From positions 59,584,001 through 59,648,000 of the forward strand of contig NC_087436.1 of the NCBI RefSeq assembly GCF_036321535.1: DNA of 64,000 nucleotides. Direction: 5' to 3'. Source of the stretch: Camelus dromedarius (Eukaryota). The notes beneath the pieces were generated by a model that was not told the origin of the DNA, ran no database searches, and saw only the letters and a list, made by a program, of their open reading frames with translations. Below, one piece after another: positions 63,985-64,000 of this stretch (position 1 is the stretch's first letter; each line of letters opens with the position of its first letter). Both the position numbers and the translations under genes were made by a program.

Positions 63985-64000
63985 TCTTAGTTCTCTTCTG

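Noticed and set aside
1..64000. CRISPR arrays, operons, rRNA/tRNA/snRNA genes
   Set aside because: I saw no repeat-spacer periodicity or RNA-gene signature by eye; the DNA is mammalian intron.

Overview
AT-rich mammalian genomic DNA, not prokaryotic. The L1 3' ends look cetartiodactyl, and I saw no ruminant, pig, carnivore or primate SINEs, so a camelid is my tentative guess. The window holds one recognisable coding exon: a 78-nt, phase 0-0 exon of CCSER1 (FAM190A) on the minus strand at 63435-63512. The rest is giant-intron sequence filled with transposable-element fossils: truncated L1s (one 5'-inverted), L2, MIR, MaLR/ERVL LTRs, Tigger and MER20 DNA elements, and two degenerate ERV1-type proviruses that each keep both LTRs. 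Main observations: (1) a Mutator-like (MULE/MuDR) transposase fossil whose reading frame rejoins once a young L1 with a perfect 13-bp TSD is removed; (2) a canonical dynein light chain LC8 motif (DKSTQT) inside the in-frame-skippable CCSER1 exon; (3) a ~200-bp dispersed duplication with one diverged part and one perfectly identical 64-bp part; (4) a perfect 14-bp inverted repeat. Family names come from recalled consensus sequences, not a search. Boundaries of old repeats are approximate.
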